DNA of 64,000 nt from Desulfuromonas sp. GTDB lineage: Bacteria; Desulfobacterota; Desulfuromonadia; Desulfuromonadales; Desulfuromonadaceae. The stretch covers positions 11,476 through 75,475 of the forward strand of contig JAGGYC010000113.1 in NCBI GenBank assembly GCA_021162745.1. Direction: 5' to 3'. Of this stretch, positions 29,608-39,254 are shown in pieces; within the stretch, counting starts at the first letter, position 1, and every line of letters begins with the position of its first letter. The notes under the pieces are model-generated. The model did no database searches and was not told where the DNA came from. It saw only the letters and a list, made by a program, of their open reading frames with translations. A program made the position numbers and the translations under genes.

Positions 29608-32465
29608 TCTCCGGTTCACAAAGCCGGTCAGTATTTACGCTGGTCTGGATATTGATTCTTACCGCAGTTATTGCGGTATCGATCGTGATCGGTATGGGAT
29701 ACCGGATTGTCAGCGATCTGAATGCACAGAAGGATGAGATCCGTACCGAACTGGTAGAAAATCGCGGCGTGGTTGAGCGGCTGCAGACCCTGGCCGCTCA
29801 AATTCGTTCTGAATCGCTGACGCTGTTCTATGAACCGGATCAGAATAACCTTCATAATGAAACGGTGCATCACTATTCGACCGTACTCCAGCCACTGCTG
29901 GCGAGGCTCGATGATGACTCCTCGCAGTCCCTTGTCGGGTCGCAACAGGCCATTGAAAAACTCAATCTGTTGACGGGTCAGGCCGATGACTGGCATTGCC
30001 GCTATCGCCAGGTCCAGCAGGATTATCTGCAGGGTGGGCAGCTGTCCCATGTGCGTGGGCTGTTGCAGCAACTGGGCTCGTCTGCCGATATTCTTCTCGG
30101 ACAACAACGGCTCAGTGAGGCGGTTCAGGTTCGGCGTTGGCGCTTGACGGCATCGACGGAGGCCAGAGACATTGCCGCTAAGATTCTTGAAAAGCGGGGG
30201 GAACGCTGGTTTCCATTGTTGGCTGAAGTGAAGGCCGAGGTTGATAGTTTGGCTCGGCAAGTTGAAATGCTGGCCAGTACCGCCCAGGTCGACCATCTTG
30301 CCGATATCCGCGATAATCTCCTTAAGCCGGGTCTGGAACATCTGGAGCGTAATCTGCTGATTATGGAAGAGGAACAGGTTCTGCCCGTCGGCAGTACCAG
30401 CCACGCTCTTGAAGATCTGAAAATTTCATTGTTTGGCGAAGGATATCGGATTGAACCGAAGCTCCAGACCGTTATTGCCGATGGCGGCTTCTATCAGCTA
30501 TGTCGCGATCGTCTGCAACTGCATCAACAGCGAATGGGTTTGGAAAAAGAGCTGCAGCAGAGTTATGTTGCGTTGGAGAACCTCAACGCCTATCTCTTAC
30601 AGTTAACCCAAAAGCGGATACAGACCCTGGCACAGCAAGCGGAACAACGTGTTGGACAGGTTTTTGAGCAGATAAAGATCGGTGGTGGCGTTGTGTTGCT
30701 GCTGTTTATCGGTCTCGGCGGGTTGATTTCGATATTGGTACGGCGTCAGATTCGCCAGTTGGCCCTGTTGCAGCGCCATAAGGAGTTGATCCTCCATGCT
30801 GCGGGTGATGGTATCGTCGGCTTGGATGGTCTGGGACGTACCACCTTTGTAAATCCGGCGGCGGCTCAGCTGCTGGGTTTTGAGGTCGATGAACTGATCG
30901 GCGAGAATTTCAGTGAGATGATGCCGGTGGTGCGCGAGGATGGTGATTTTCTGTCCGACGGCGAGCACCCGGTGCGCGAGTCGTTATGTTTAACCGCAGG
31001 TGAGGTCTGTCGTTCTGATCTGGAATATTTTCAGCGTCGCGACGGCTCATTGTTCTCAGCGCAGTATGTCTGTACCCCGTTGATCGATGAAAATGGTCAC
31101 AATGAGGGTGCGGTACTGATCTTTAAGGATATCACCGAACAACAGCAGGTTAAGCAGCGGTTACAAGAAAAAAAGCGCTTGCTTGACCATATGGCTAATC
31201 ACGATGTCCTGACCGGTTTGCCCAATCGACGTCTGTTTAAAGACCGTCTCTACCATGCCATTGAACGCGCAAAACGCATGTCCAGCAATATGTCGGTATT
31301 TTTTATCGATCTTGACCGGTTTAAAAAGATCAATGACTCCCTAGGCCATGAGGTGGGTGATAAGTTGCTGTCTGCTGTTGCTCAACGTCTCCAGCAGAAT
31401 ATCCGTCGCTCTGATACCCTGGCCCGGTTGGGCGGGGATGAATTTGTTGTTGTCCTTGAGGACTCGGCGGCAACACATCAGGCGGCGGTTCAGGCCCGTA
31501 CCTTGATGGATGAACTGGCAAAGGTGTTTGAGATCGACAGTCATCGGTTGTTCATGTCGGCGAGTATCGGTATCAGCCGCTATCCGCATGATGCTGAAGA
31601 TGCAACGGGGCTGATGACCAGTGCCGATGCGGCGATGTACTACGCCAAGGCGCATGGTAAAAATAACTTCCAGTTTTACACCCCGGAGATGAATGCGCGA
31701 GCGCAGGAGTTTTTGCAGCTGGAGACGCGGTTGCGCGATGCTGTTGCGCAAAAAGAATTTGTTCTACTCTACCAGCCGCAAATCGATATGCGTGACCGGT
31801 CTCTGGTCGGCGTTGAGGTGCTGCTGCGTTGGAATCATCCGGAATTGGGTGTTGTTTCTCCCGATGACTTTATTCCATTAGCGGAAGAAACCGGATTGAT
31901 TATTCCTATTGGTGAGTGGGTATTGCAGACGGTATGTGAACAAAATCAACAGTGGCTGGCACAGGGGATCACGCCGGTACGGGTTGCGGTGAATATTTCA
32001 GCGGTGCAATTTTATAGCGATTTGCAGGCGACGGTCGAGCGGGTACTGGAGCAGACGGCAATGTCTGCTGATCTGCTCGAACTGGAGATCACCGAAAGTA
32101 TGCTGATGGAAGACGATAGCCGGGCAACCTCCCTGCTCAACAGTCTTAAAGAGAAGGGGATTCATCTCTCGATTGATGATTTTGGTACCGGCTATTCATC
32201 CTTGAGCTACCTGAAACGGTTACCCGTGGATAAACTGAAGATTGATCGCTCCTTTGTCTGTGATATGACAGAGAATGATAACGATGCCGCCATTGTCACC
32301 TCGATTATCGCCCTGGGGGGAAATATGAACCTCGAGGTCATTGCCGAAGGGGTGGAGCTGATTGAGCAGGAGCATTTATTGCGTGAACATGGCTGCTATA
32401 TCGGTCAGGGCTATTTCTATGCGAAACCCATGAAGGCCGAGGAATTTGTTGAGTGGTTATGTTGA
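29604..32465 (+). CDS. Membrane-bound PAS-GGDEF-EAL protein with a large periplasmic domain
   Basis: TM1, about 330-aa helical periplasmic region, TM2, PAS, RRSD I-site + GGDEF, EVL (EAL variant) + DDFGTGYSS. Confidence 0.92.
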   Translation: MISGSQSRSVFTLVWILILTAVIAVSIVIGMGYRIVSDLNAQKDEIRTELVENRGVVERLQTLAAQIRSESLTLFYEPDQNNLHNETVHHYSTVLQPLLARLDDDSSQSLVGSQQAIEKLNLLTGQADDWHCRYRQVQQDYLQGGQLSHVRGLLQQLGSSADILLGQQRLSEAVQVRRWRLTASTEARDIAAKILEKRGERWFPLLAEVKAEVDSLARQVEMLASTAQVDHLADIRDNLLKPGLEHLERNLLIMEEEQVLPVGSTSHALEDLKISLFGEGYRIEPKLQTVIADGGFYQLCRDRLQLHQQRMGLEKELQQSYVALENLNAYLLQLTQKRIQTLAQQAEQRVGQVFEQIKIGGGVVLLLFIGLGGLISILVRRQIRQLALLQRHKELILHAAGDGIVGLDGLGRTTFVNPAAAQLLGFEVDELIGENFSEMMPVVREDGDFLSDGEHPVRESLCLTAGEVCRSDLEYFQRRDGSLFSAQYVCTPLIDENGHNEGAVLIFKDITEQQQVKQRLQEKKRLLDHMANHDVLTGLPNRRLFKDRLYHAIERAKRMSSNMSVFFIDLDRFKKINDSLGHEVGDKLLSAVAQRLQQNIRRSDTLARLGGDEFVVVLEDSAATHQAAVQARTLMDELAKVFEIDSHRLFMSASIGISRYPHDAEDATGLMTSADAAMYYAKAHGKNNFQFYTPEMNARAQEFLQLETRLRDAVAQKEFVLLYQPQIDMRDRSLVGVEVLLRWNHPELGVVSPDDFIPLAEETGLIIPIGEWVLQTVCEQNQQWLAQGITPVRVAVNISAVQFYSDLQATVERVLEQTAMSADLLELEITESMLMEDDSRATSLLNSLKEKGIHLSIDDFGTGYSSLSYLKRLPVDKLKIDRSFVCDMTENDNDAAIVTSIIALGGNMNLEVIAEGVELIEQEHLLREHGCYIGQGYFYAKPMKAEEFVEWLC

Positions 32466-32467
32466 TC

Positions 32468-33613
32468 TCATTTGCGTTGTTGTTGCGGCTCAGCGTCAAA
32501 CAGGCTGAGAAAGTTTTGCGTCAGACCGGGGTGGAGGTCGGAACCGGACATCTCCAGGAAAATTTTTTTGATCTCATCGGGTTCCAGGGCTTTTCGATAG
32601 GAACGAGAGGTGCGCAACGCATCAAATACGTCAGAGATAGCCGTCATCTGACTGCTGAGGTTTTGTGTCCATTCGCCATGAAGCCGTGGGTAGCCGCGTT
32701 GATCAAAACGCATGTGGTGCTCAAAGGCTGTAACCACGGCCAGACGCGGAACGCCCGGGTTTTCCAGTAAGTATAATGCACCGCGTTGCGGATGTTCCTG
32801 CATCAACTTCCATTCATCAGCGTCCAGTTTTCCCGGTTTGTTGAGAATTTCGCTTGGGATAAACTGTTTACCGACGTCATGTAACAGTGCAGCGATACCG
32901 ATATCGTGTAGTTGCGCTCCTTCAATCCCCAATGATCGGGCCTGGGCAATATTCAGCAGACAGACATTCGTTGAATGGACAAAGGTATAGTCGTCCATCT
33001 GTCGCAAAGGAGCCAGGGCGAGCAAGGGTTCGGCGTTGAATTGCAATGCGTCGATAAATGACGACACCATATCGCCTAATCCGACCATGTTGAGTTGCTG
33101 CTGATTTTTGACCGCAGCATAGATCTCCATAAACCGATCCAGTTCCTGTGCGGTGTAATTCTGTTCGAGCTGACTGTGTTGTTCGTTCGGTGCAAAGTCA
33201 GAATGATCTCCCGTTTCGTTGTAGCGTACGGTGACCGATCCGCAACGGATCCGTTCACAGTCGGGAGGTGGTTGAGTGGTTTCTGCACAGAGCCAGACGA
33301 CGAGCAGGGCCAGCTCTTGCGTTGTGAGCCCGCGGCGTAATTCGATATGACTTACTCCACAGTTGGCCATGGCTTTGCTCAGACGCTGTTGATGGAGGCT
33401 GGGGCTCAATGGCATATCGTCGATAATCAATTCACGGTGGATAATCATCAGGCGGATGCCACTTTGGTCCGCCAGTAGCGTCTGGTGAAGTTCCTGGGCT
33501 GTTTTGCACAGCTGAACCACCTGAGGATGGTGAACCGAATAGAGGTTGGCATTGGCCATGGCAATCGCCAGGGTGCGGATGAAATTCTGCAGTAGTGCTT
33601 GCCTGTCGTTCAT
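32468..33613 (-). CDS. HD-GYP domain protein (cyclic dinucleotide phosphodiesterase-like)
   Basis: LLHDVGK, ILNKPGKL, EHHMRFDQRGYP, DVFDAL. Confidence 0.9.
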   Translation of the reverse strand: MNDRQALLQNFIRTLAIAMANANLYSVHHPQVVQLCKTAQELHQTLLADQSGIRLMIIHRELIIDDMPLSPSLHQQRLSKAMANCGVSHIELRRGLTTQELALLVVWLCAETTQPPPDCERIRCGSVTVRYNETGDHSDFAPNEQHSQLEQNYTAQELDRFMEIYAAVKNQQQLNMVGLGDMVSSFIDALQFNAEPLLALAPLRQMDDYTFVHSTNVCLLNIAQARSLGIEGAQLHDIGIAALLHDVGKQFIPSEILNKPGKLDADEWKLMQEHPQRGALYLLENPGVPRLAVVTAFEHHMRFDQRGYPRLHGEWTQNLSSQMTAISDVFDALRTSRSYRKALEPDEIKKIFLEMSGSDLHPGLTQNFLSLFDAEPQQQRK

Positions 33614-35739
33614 CGCTTTTCCTCCCCTGTCTGTTGACTGCTGGTTGGATGCTCCTTGAGCGCTGTCGGCAGGAAAAGAGATAAGGCATCGAGGACCACT
33701 GAGCGCAACCGCTTATGGAGTAATGGATGACGGATGAGGTTGCTGCTGTGGCGCAGGCTCTCCAGCTCCGCTAGCGCCTGCGGGCTGGCTGAATTTGCCA
33801 GGGCATGGATGACGGCAATTTTGTGCTCAATGGTTTCTCGGCTCAAAGGTTGAGAGTGCAAAAGTTGGATCAGGGCGGTCATAGCGGCGGGGCTGGGGTT
33901 CTTACCGGCCAGTTGGATCGCTGTGTGGTGATGGAGGGCATTGCTGTCGGCCAGTTCCGTGAGCAGGGTTTGCTCGGCATGTGACGGTGCAATCTGCAGA
34001 TAGAGGCTAACCAGTTCCTGCCACACCCGTGGATGACAGTGCTTTTCCAGCGGAATAAGACTGTCGAGCATGATGGATGGATTGATGTGCTGCAGGATAA
34101 TCAGTAAGTTTCGTACGTAGTACCAGCGATGGTCATCAAGCTGTTCAACGACGGCTTGAACGCACAGGGAGCCAAAGTTCGATAATACCTGAATATAGTA
34201 GCGGCGCAGGGCAGGTGACGACTCGCCGGCCAGACGTTTAAGGAGCACTGGGATGGCCGGTTCCCCGATTCGTTGCAGAAGGTCTTGAACCTGGTCGTAG
34301 CTGGGTTTTCCCCATATCGTCAAGGCATTGAGCAGTTTGTCGATAAACAGGGGCTGATCGAAGCTGTCGAGTAGTTGATGACAAAATACGCCGTGATGAG
34401 GAGCCGTATTACATAGCTCGTTCAGTTGCTGATGACAACGACAGAGCAGCTGAAAATCACCGGTTTCCAGCGCGATATCCCAGAGTTCAGTGAGGTTGCT
34501 GTGGAAGGCATCGTATGGAGGGTCCGTGACCAGTTGGAGTAACATGAAAATAATATCGAGATTTTTCTGCTCAATGCTGGCGGCATCAAGGTCAGATTCA
34601 AGCTTTGCGCTGTACGGGGTGTCGGATGACGGCGGCGGTGATTTGATTATTCGCTCCATCAACTCCTGATAGGCCTGCGGAACATAGTTGTTGGAGCTGT
34701 CCTGACTGAGCAGCTTCTGCATACGCTGTTGCGTGTCGTCCTGCTGAAGCTGCGAGGTACCGCCGACGGTTGAGGATGATTGTTCGCCCTGTGACAGGTT
34801 GCTGAGAATCGACAGAACATTTGTCGGCAGTTGCTGGGTGTTCTGCGCCCCATCCGCAATGATCTCCATCAACTCGTTGCGGCTGAGTTTCCCCGCCAAT
34901 TGACCAGTCAGTTGCGGCAGGTCTGTTGTGGCCCGGAAAGCGCTGCGGAGGAACTGGCGGCGTAGAGGTTTGCTCAACCCTTTGATCAACGTATTGAACT
35001 GATGCAGCTCTTCGGGGTCAGGCTGATCTTCTTTGGCCAGCTCTTCGACAAATGAACTGATTGTGACGTCGTAATCATGTTTCCAAATCTGATCATTTTC
35101 TTCACCGCCTTGTTCATTGATCGCTGTTGCCAGCCAATTCGGGTCAACAGGGCAGCCATTGCCCTGACCGTCGCGGCTCAAGGTGCCCTCAATCATGCCG
35201 CTGATAAAACGTTGCCAGAGTGTACTTTGGTTCTTTTGAACCACCTGCTTGTTCAAGGTGGCCTCGCCCGTGATCTCCTGGCTGGAAAAAGCACCGTAGT
35301 CGATTAGAGTTAGAATGATGTTTGTTGCGCCCTGGTGGGCGAGAGCGGCGGATGCGCCACCGCGCTCGACGAGTTCGTCTCGGTCATAGGCCAGAACTTG
35401 ACAAAATGAACTGAGTTGGTCGCTGGTGACGCCCCAACTGATGCGTAGCGTGGCAATATGGTGAGAAAAAAGATTTTTGGCAAAATCTTTAAATACCGGG
35501 TTATGGCTGTCGAGGACACCGTTCCCCAGCAGCAGTTTGTCTTCGGCAATCCCCAACTCCAGAATCGGGTTGAATTCCAGCACCTGATTAAGATAGTGCA
35601 TCGCTTTATCGAGGGCCTGGTTGATGAGTGGATGGTGGGGAGGGTAGGCCGAAATCTGTCGACGGGTGATATTGAGTTCGTAGACAAACTTAGCCAATAC
35701 GCCAAGGTCGAAACTCTCTGTCATCGTCGAGTGGGTCAT
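33610..35739 (-). CDS. HEAT/ARM-repeat protein, translationally coupled to the HD-GYP gene
   Basis: C-terminal HEAT-like repeats (DHRWYYVRNLLIIL; HPRVWQE); 4-bp overlap with the HD-GYP start. Confidence 0.75.
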   Translation of the reverse strand: MTHSTMTESFDLGVLAKFVYELNITRRQISAYPPHHPLINQALDKAMHYLNQVLEFNPILELGIAEDKLLLGNGVLDSHNPVFKDFAKNLFSHHIATLRISWGVTSDQLSSFCQVLAYDRDELVERGGASAALAHQGATNIILTLIDYGAFSSQEITGEATLNKQVVQKNQSTLWQRFISGMIEGTLSRDGQGNGCPVDPNWLATAINEQGGEENDQIWKHDYDVTISSFVEELAKEDQPDPEELHQFNTLIKGLSKPLRRQFLRSAFRATTDLPQLTGQLAGKLSRNELMEIIADGAQNTQQLPTNVLSILSNLSQGEQSSSTVGGTSQLQQDDTQQRMQKLLSQDSSNNYVPQAYQELMERIIKSPPPSSDTPYSAKLESDLDAASIEQKNLDIIFMLLQLVTDPPYDAFHSNLTELWDIALETGDFQLLCRCHQQLNELCNTAPHHGVFCHQLLDSFDQPLFIDKLLNALTIWGKPSYDQVQDLLQRIGEPAIPVLLKRLAGESSPALRRYYIQVLSNFGSLCVQAVVEQLDDHRWYYVRNLLIILQHINPSIMLDSLIPLEKHCHPRVWQELVSLYLQIAPSHAEQTLLTELADSNALHHHTAIQLAGKNPSPAAMTALIQLLHSQPLSRETIEHKIAVIHALANSASPQALAELESLRHSSNLIRHPLLHKRLRSVVLDALSLFLPTALKEHPTSSQQTGEEKR

Positions 35740-36085
35740 CGTCAGCCTCTCTGCAAAACCGGCTCAGTTCATAGCGATGTAAATTCTAGCCACTGCTGGA
35801 TCATCGCCTTTAACTCTCCATGTTTTGATGCGTAAGCAAAAAAGGAGAGAGATCGAAGGCGGATGTGATCGCATACTGGGATTAAACATATCATAGAATG
35901 GTGGCAACACAGTAGCGGTGGGAACTTTTAATCGACATGAGGCTGGCGGAATTTCGAGAATTTAATCTCGAACAGCCCCCATCCGACAGTCTTGCGTCGA
36001 CAATGACTAAAGTGTACCAAAACTGTCATAATATGCTATGGTGCAGCTGGTTCAGAACATAATTAAATGAGCAAGGAGTGTAGAG

Positions 36086-36931
36086 GTGAAATATATTGGA
36101 GCTCATGTCAGTGCTGCTGGCGGGGTGTTTAATGCGCCGGCCAACGCTGCAGCCATTGGCGCAACGGCTTTTGCCCTGTTTACAAAAAATCAGAAACGGT
36201 GGAGTGCGCCTGCCTTGACGGATGAGGTGATTGCGCGGTTTAAGGCTGCCTGCCAAACCCATGGCTACCGGGCGGAACAGATTCTTCCCCATGACAGCTA
36301 TCTGATTAATCTCGGTCATCCTGAAACGGACAAATTGGAAAAATCGCGTCAGGCGTTTATCGATGAGATGCAGCGTTGCCAACAGCTGGGATTGATTCGT
36401 CTCAATTTTCATCCCGGTAGCCATCTCAAACAACTTAGCGAAGCAGATTGTTTGACCCGGATTGCCGAATCGATCAATCTGGCGTTGCGGCACAGTGATG
36501 GTGTGGCCGCGGTGATTGAGAACACCGCCGGACAGGGGACTAATCTTGGTTATTGTTTTGAGCACCTCGCGCAGATTATTGATCAGGTGGAAGACCAGAG
36601 CCGGGTCGGGGTTTGCCTTGATACCTGTCATACCTTTGTCGCCGGTTATGATTTACGCGGTCCACAGGCGTGTGAGCAAACTTTTGCCGAGTTTGAGCGA
36701 GTGGTGGGTTTTGACAAGTTGATGGGGATGCACCTCAACGACAGTAAGACGCCGTTCGGCAGTCGGGTGGATCGTCATGCCAGTCTGGGGCAAGGGGAGA
36801 TCGGCTGGGACTGTTTTGAATATATTATGGCCGATCCGCGTTTTGACGGCATACCGCTGATTCTGGAAACCACCGATCCCTCCTTGTGGCCGCAGGAGAT
36901 TGCGGCGTTGAAAGGGTTTGCCGGGCAGTAA
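36086..36931 (+). CDS. nfo: Endonuclease IV (AP endonuclease)
   Basis: [52 protein letters not shown]. Confidence 0.97.
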   Translation: MKYIGAHVSAAGGVFNAPANAAAIGATAFALFTKNQKRWSAPALTDEVIARFKAACQTHGYRAEQILPHDSYLINLGHPETDKLEKSRQAFIDEMQRCQQLGLIRLNFHPGSHLKQLSEADCLTRIAESINLALRHSDGVAAVIENTAGQGTNLGYCFEHLAQIIDQVEDQSRVGVCLDTCHTFVAGYDLRGPQACEQTFAEFERVVGFDKLMGMHLNDSKTPFGSRVDRHASLGQGEIGWDCFEYIMADPRFDGIPLILETTDPSLWPQEIAALKGFAGQ

Positions 36932-36957
36932 GTCGGGTTAGCGGAGCGTAACCCGAC
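36928..36957 (+). repeat. REP-like palindrome
   Basis: GTAA head (overlapping the nfo stop) then perfect stem GTCGGGTTA-(8 nt)-TAACCCGAC. Confidence 0.55.
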
Positions 36958-36972
36958 AATCTATGCTTAAGG

Positions 36973-37154
36973 TCAAGTTCGCGGGTTTCGTCCCGCAGCC
37001 GACGTACTTTTTTGAAGGGCCACAAAAAAGTAAGCAAAAAATGGCCTTGAAAATCAAGGCAACTAACGGTGGAGCTAACGGTTTCAGTGTGCGGACTACG
37101 TATCATCCCGAGCTGCGAAGGCGGGCCTGATCCCTTGCGGCCCGCTTAACTTGA
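36973..37154. repeat. MITE-like intergenic element (about 180 bp)
   Basis: Imperfect terminal inverted repeats TCAAGTT-CGCGGG vs TCAAGTTAAGCGGG (reverse complement of the right end); internal hairpins, including ACTTTTTTG...CAAAAAAGT. Confidence 0.5.
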
Positions 37155-37194
37155 TAGATGATATTTCATCATGGACAAATTGAACTCATTGTAC

Positions 37195-37231
37195 AAAAAA
37201 AGCGGTTACCCGACAGGGCAACCGCTTTTTT
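37195..37231. terminator. Bidirectional intrinsic terminator downstream of pckA
   Basis: A7-GCGGTT...AACCGC-T6. Confidence 0.8.
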
Positions 37232-37252
37232 GTTGTTTGTGGTTCAGGCTGA

Positions 37253-38842
37253 TTAACGAACCAGAGGACCCGCGTTACGAATCTCTTCGGTAACACCATC
37301 GGCAAACTTTTCAAAGTTGGCGTGGAACGCTTTGGCCAGACCCGTTGCCTTGGCATCGTAGGCTGCTTTGTCTTCCCAGGTGTTGCGTGGGTTGAGAATT
37401 TCAGCTGGTACGTCAGGGCAGCTTTGTGGGATATGCAGGCCGAAAATCGGATCCTGCTGATAGTCAACCTTGTCCAGTTTGCCTTCCAGTGCCGCATTGA
37501 GCATGGCGCGGGTGTAGCGGATCTTCATCCGTGAACCAACACCGTAAGGGCCGCCGCTCCAGCCGGTGTTGACCAGCCAGCAGGAAACCTCATGCTTGCG
37601 GATCTTTTCCTTGAGCAGATTACCGTACTCGGAGGGATGCAGTGGCATAAATGGTGCGCCAAAGCAGGCCGAGAAGGTGGTCTGGGGCTCGGTAACACCT
37701 TTTTCGGTTCCCGCCAATTTAGCGGTGTAGCCGGAGATGAAGTGGTACATGGCCTGTTCCGGAGTCAGCTTGGAGATCGGAGGCATAACACCAAACGCAT
37801 CAGCGGTGAGCATGATGATGTTTTTCGGATTGCCGGCCATCGCTTCGGGAACGATGTTGGGGATCTGGCTGGTCGGGTAAGCGGCGCGGGTGTTCTCGGT
37901 GATGCTGGCATCATCGAGATCGACAAAACGGGTGGTGGCGTCCATGCCGACATTTTCGAGGATAGTCCCGAACTTGCGGGTGCAGTTGAAAATTTCCGGC
38001 TCCGCTTCTTGGCTCAGGTTGATCACCTTGGCGTAGCAACCGCCTTCAAAGTTGAATACCCCGTTGTCGGTCCAGCCGTGCTCATCATCACCAATCAACT
38101 GGCGCTTTGGATCTGCCGACAGGGTGGTTTTACCCGTGCCGGACAGGCCGAAGAATACGGCGGTATCGCCGGCGCTACCGACATTGGCGCTGCAGTGCAT
38201 GGGCAATACGCCACGTTGTGGAAGCAGATAGTTGAGAACCGAGAAGACGCTTTTCTTGATCTCACCACTGTAGGCCGCCGTGGCAATCAGCACCACTTTG
38301 CGCTCAAAGTTAATGATGATGGCCGCTTCGGAACGGGTGCCATCAATCTCAGGAATCGTTTTAAAGTTAGGGGCGGCAATAACGGTGAAGCCAGGAGCAA
38401 AGTTTTCCAGCTCGGCATCGGTGGCCTTGATCAGCATGTTGCGGGCAAACAGGCTGTTCCAGGCTCGGGTGCTGATCACGCGCACCGGCAGCCGGTATTC
38501 CTTGTCGGCACCGGCGAAGCAGTCTTGAACAAACAGATCGCGCTCCTGCAAAAACGCCATCATGCGGTTGTACAACGCATCAAACTTGTCAGCATCGAAC
38601 GGGCGGTTTACGTCGCCCCACCAGATATCATCAGCGCTTTTGCCGCTTTTAACAATAAAGCGGTCGTTAGGAGAGCGGCCTGTGTAATCGCGGTTGGAGA
38701 CGACAATTGGTCCCTGGTAGGAGAGGTGACCTTCGCCACGACAGATGATCTCTTCGTACAGGGCGGGAGTGCATAGGTTGCGCTTGATGCTTTTTACGTT
38801 GGTGATGCCGTGCTGTTCCAAGAAGTTATCAGACTGACTCAT
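37253..38842 (-). CDS. pckA: Phosphoenolpyruvate carboxykinase (ATP)
   Basis: TGRSPNDRF, YSGEIKKSVF, FFGLSGTGKTTLS, IGDDEHGW, NFEGGCYAK, TENTRAAYP. Confidence 0.98.
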   Translation of the reverse strand: MSQSDNFLEQHGITNVKSIKRNLCTPALYEEIICRGEGHLSYQGPIVVSNRDYTGRSPNDRFIVKSGKSADDIWWGDVNRPFDADKFDALYNRMMAFLQERDLFVQDCFAGADKEYRLPVRVISTRAWNSLFARNMLIKATDAELENFAPGFTVIAAPNFKTIPEIDGTRSEAAIIINFERKVVLIATAAYSGEIKKSVFSVLNYLLPQRGVLPMHCSANVGSAGDTAVFFGLSGTGKTTLSADPKRQLIGDDEHGWTDNGVFNFEGGCYAKVINLSQEAEPEIFNCTRKFGTILENVGMDATTRFVDLDDASITENTRAAYPTSQIPNIVPEAMAGNPKNIIMLTADAFGVMPPISKLTPEQAMYHFISGYTAKLAGTEKGVTEPQTTFSACFGAPFMPLHPSEYGNLLKEKIRKHEVSCWLVNTGWSGGPYGVGSRMKIRYTRAMLNAALEGKLDKVDYQQDPIFGLHIPQSCPDVPAEILNPRNTWEDKAAYDAKATGLAKAFHANFEKFADGVTEEIRNAGPLVR

Positions 38843-39192
38843 GCTTCTATGTTCTCCTGATCGGGGGATTGTAGGATAATGACCTACATAGTAAAAGAAC
38901 AGAGGACAAAAGGCGGATACACGTTGTAAATCGCCTCTGCGATTTTTTTACCGTTATTGAAGATCCACTTCATATCTTTCCGTTTGCGAAGAGTCAAGTA
39001 AAACTCGCCAAAAGTCGACGGCATTCTGGCAAAACACTGTGATCATGGTGTTTGACGTCAAAATTACACAAAGGGTGTTATGTCCTATGTAGGGTAATGA
39101 TTCAGTGAGAGTGAAAAAATTGATGGCTGTCAGAGATGGGGGGGGAAGTTTTAAGCTTTGTTAGCAGAAATTAAGTGGTATTTTACCAGCGT

Positions 39193-39228
39193 AAAAAAAA
39201 GCCAGCCCGTTTGTTCGTGGGCTGGCTT
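39193..39228 (-). terminator. Intrinsic terminator after mrp
   Basis: Stem GCCAGCCC / GGGCTGGC followed by T8 on the minus strand. Confidence 0.75.
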
Positions 39229-39254
39229 GGTATTAAGCTTTCAGGGTGAAATGA

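Noticed and set aside
35902-35916. TGGCA-N-TAGC (GG-N10-GC) possible sigma54 promoter upstream of nfo
   Set aside because: The -12 element is TAGC rather than TTGC, no enhancer dyad was seen, and such matches arise by chance.
37592-38776. 394-aa ORF antisense to pckA
   Set aside because: Shadow ORF of a highly biased housekeeping gene; no RBS or domain evidence.
39022-39062. GGCAAAACAC...GTGTTTGACGTCAAAA resembling a c-di-GMP-I riboswitch
   Set aside because: Lacks the GNRA tetraloop and second stem, and is on the strand opposite to the nearest downstream gene start.
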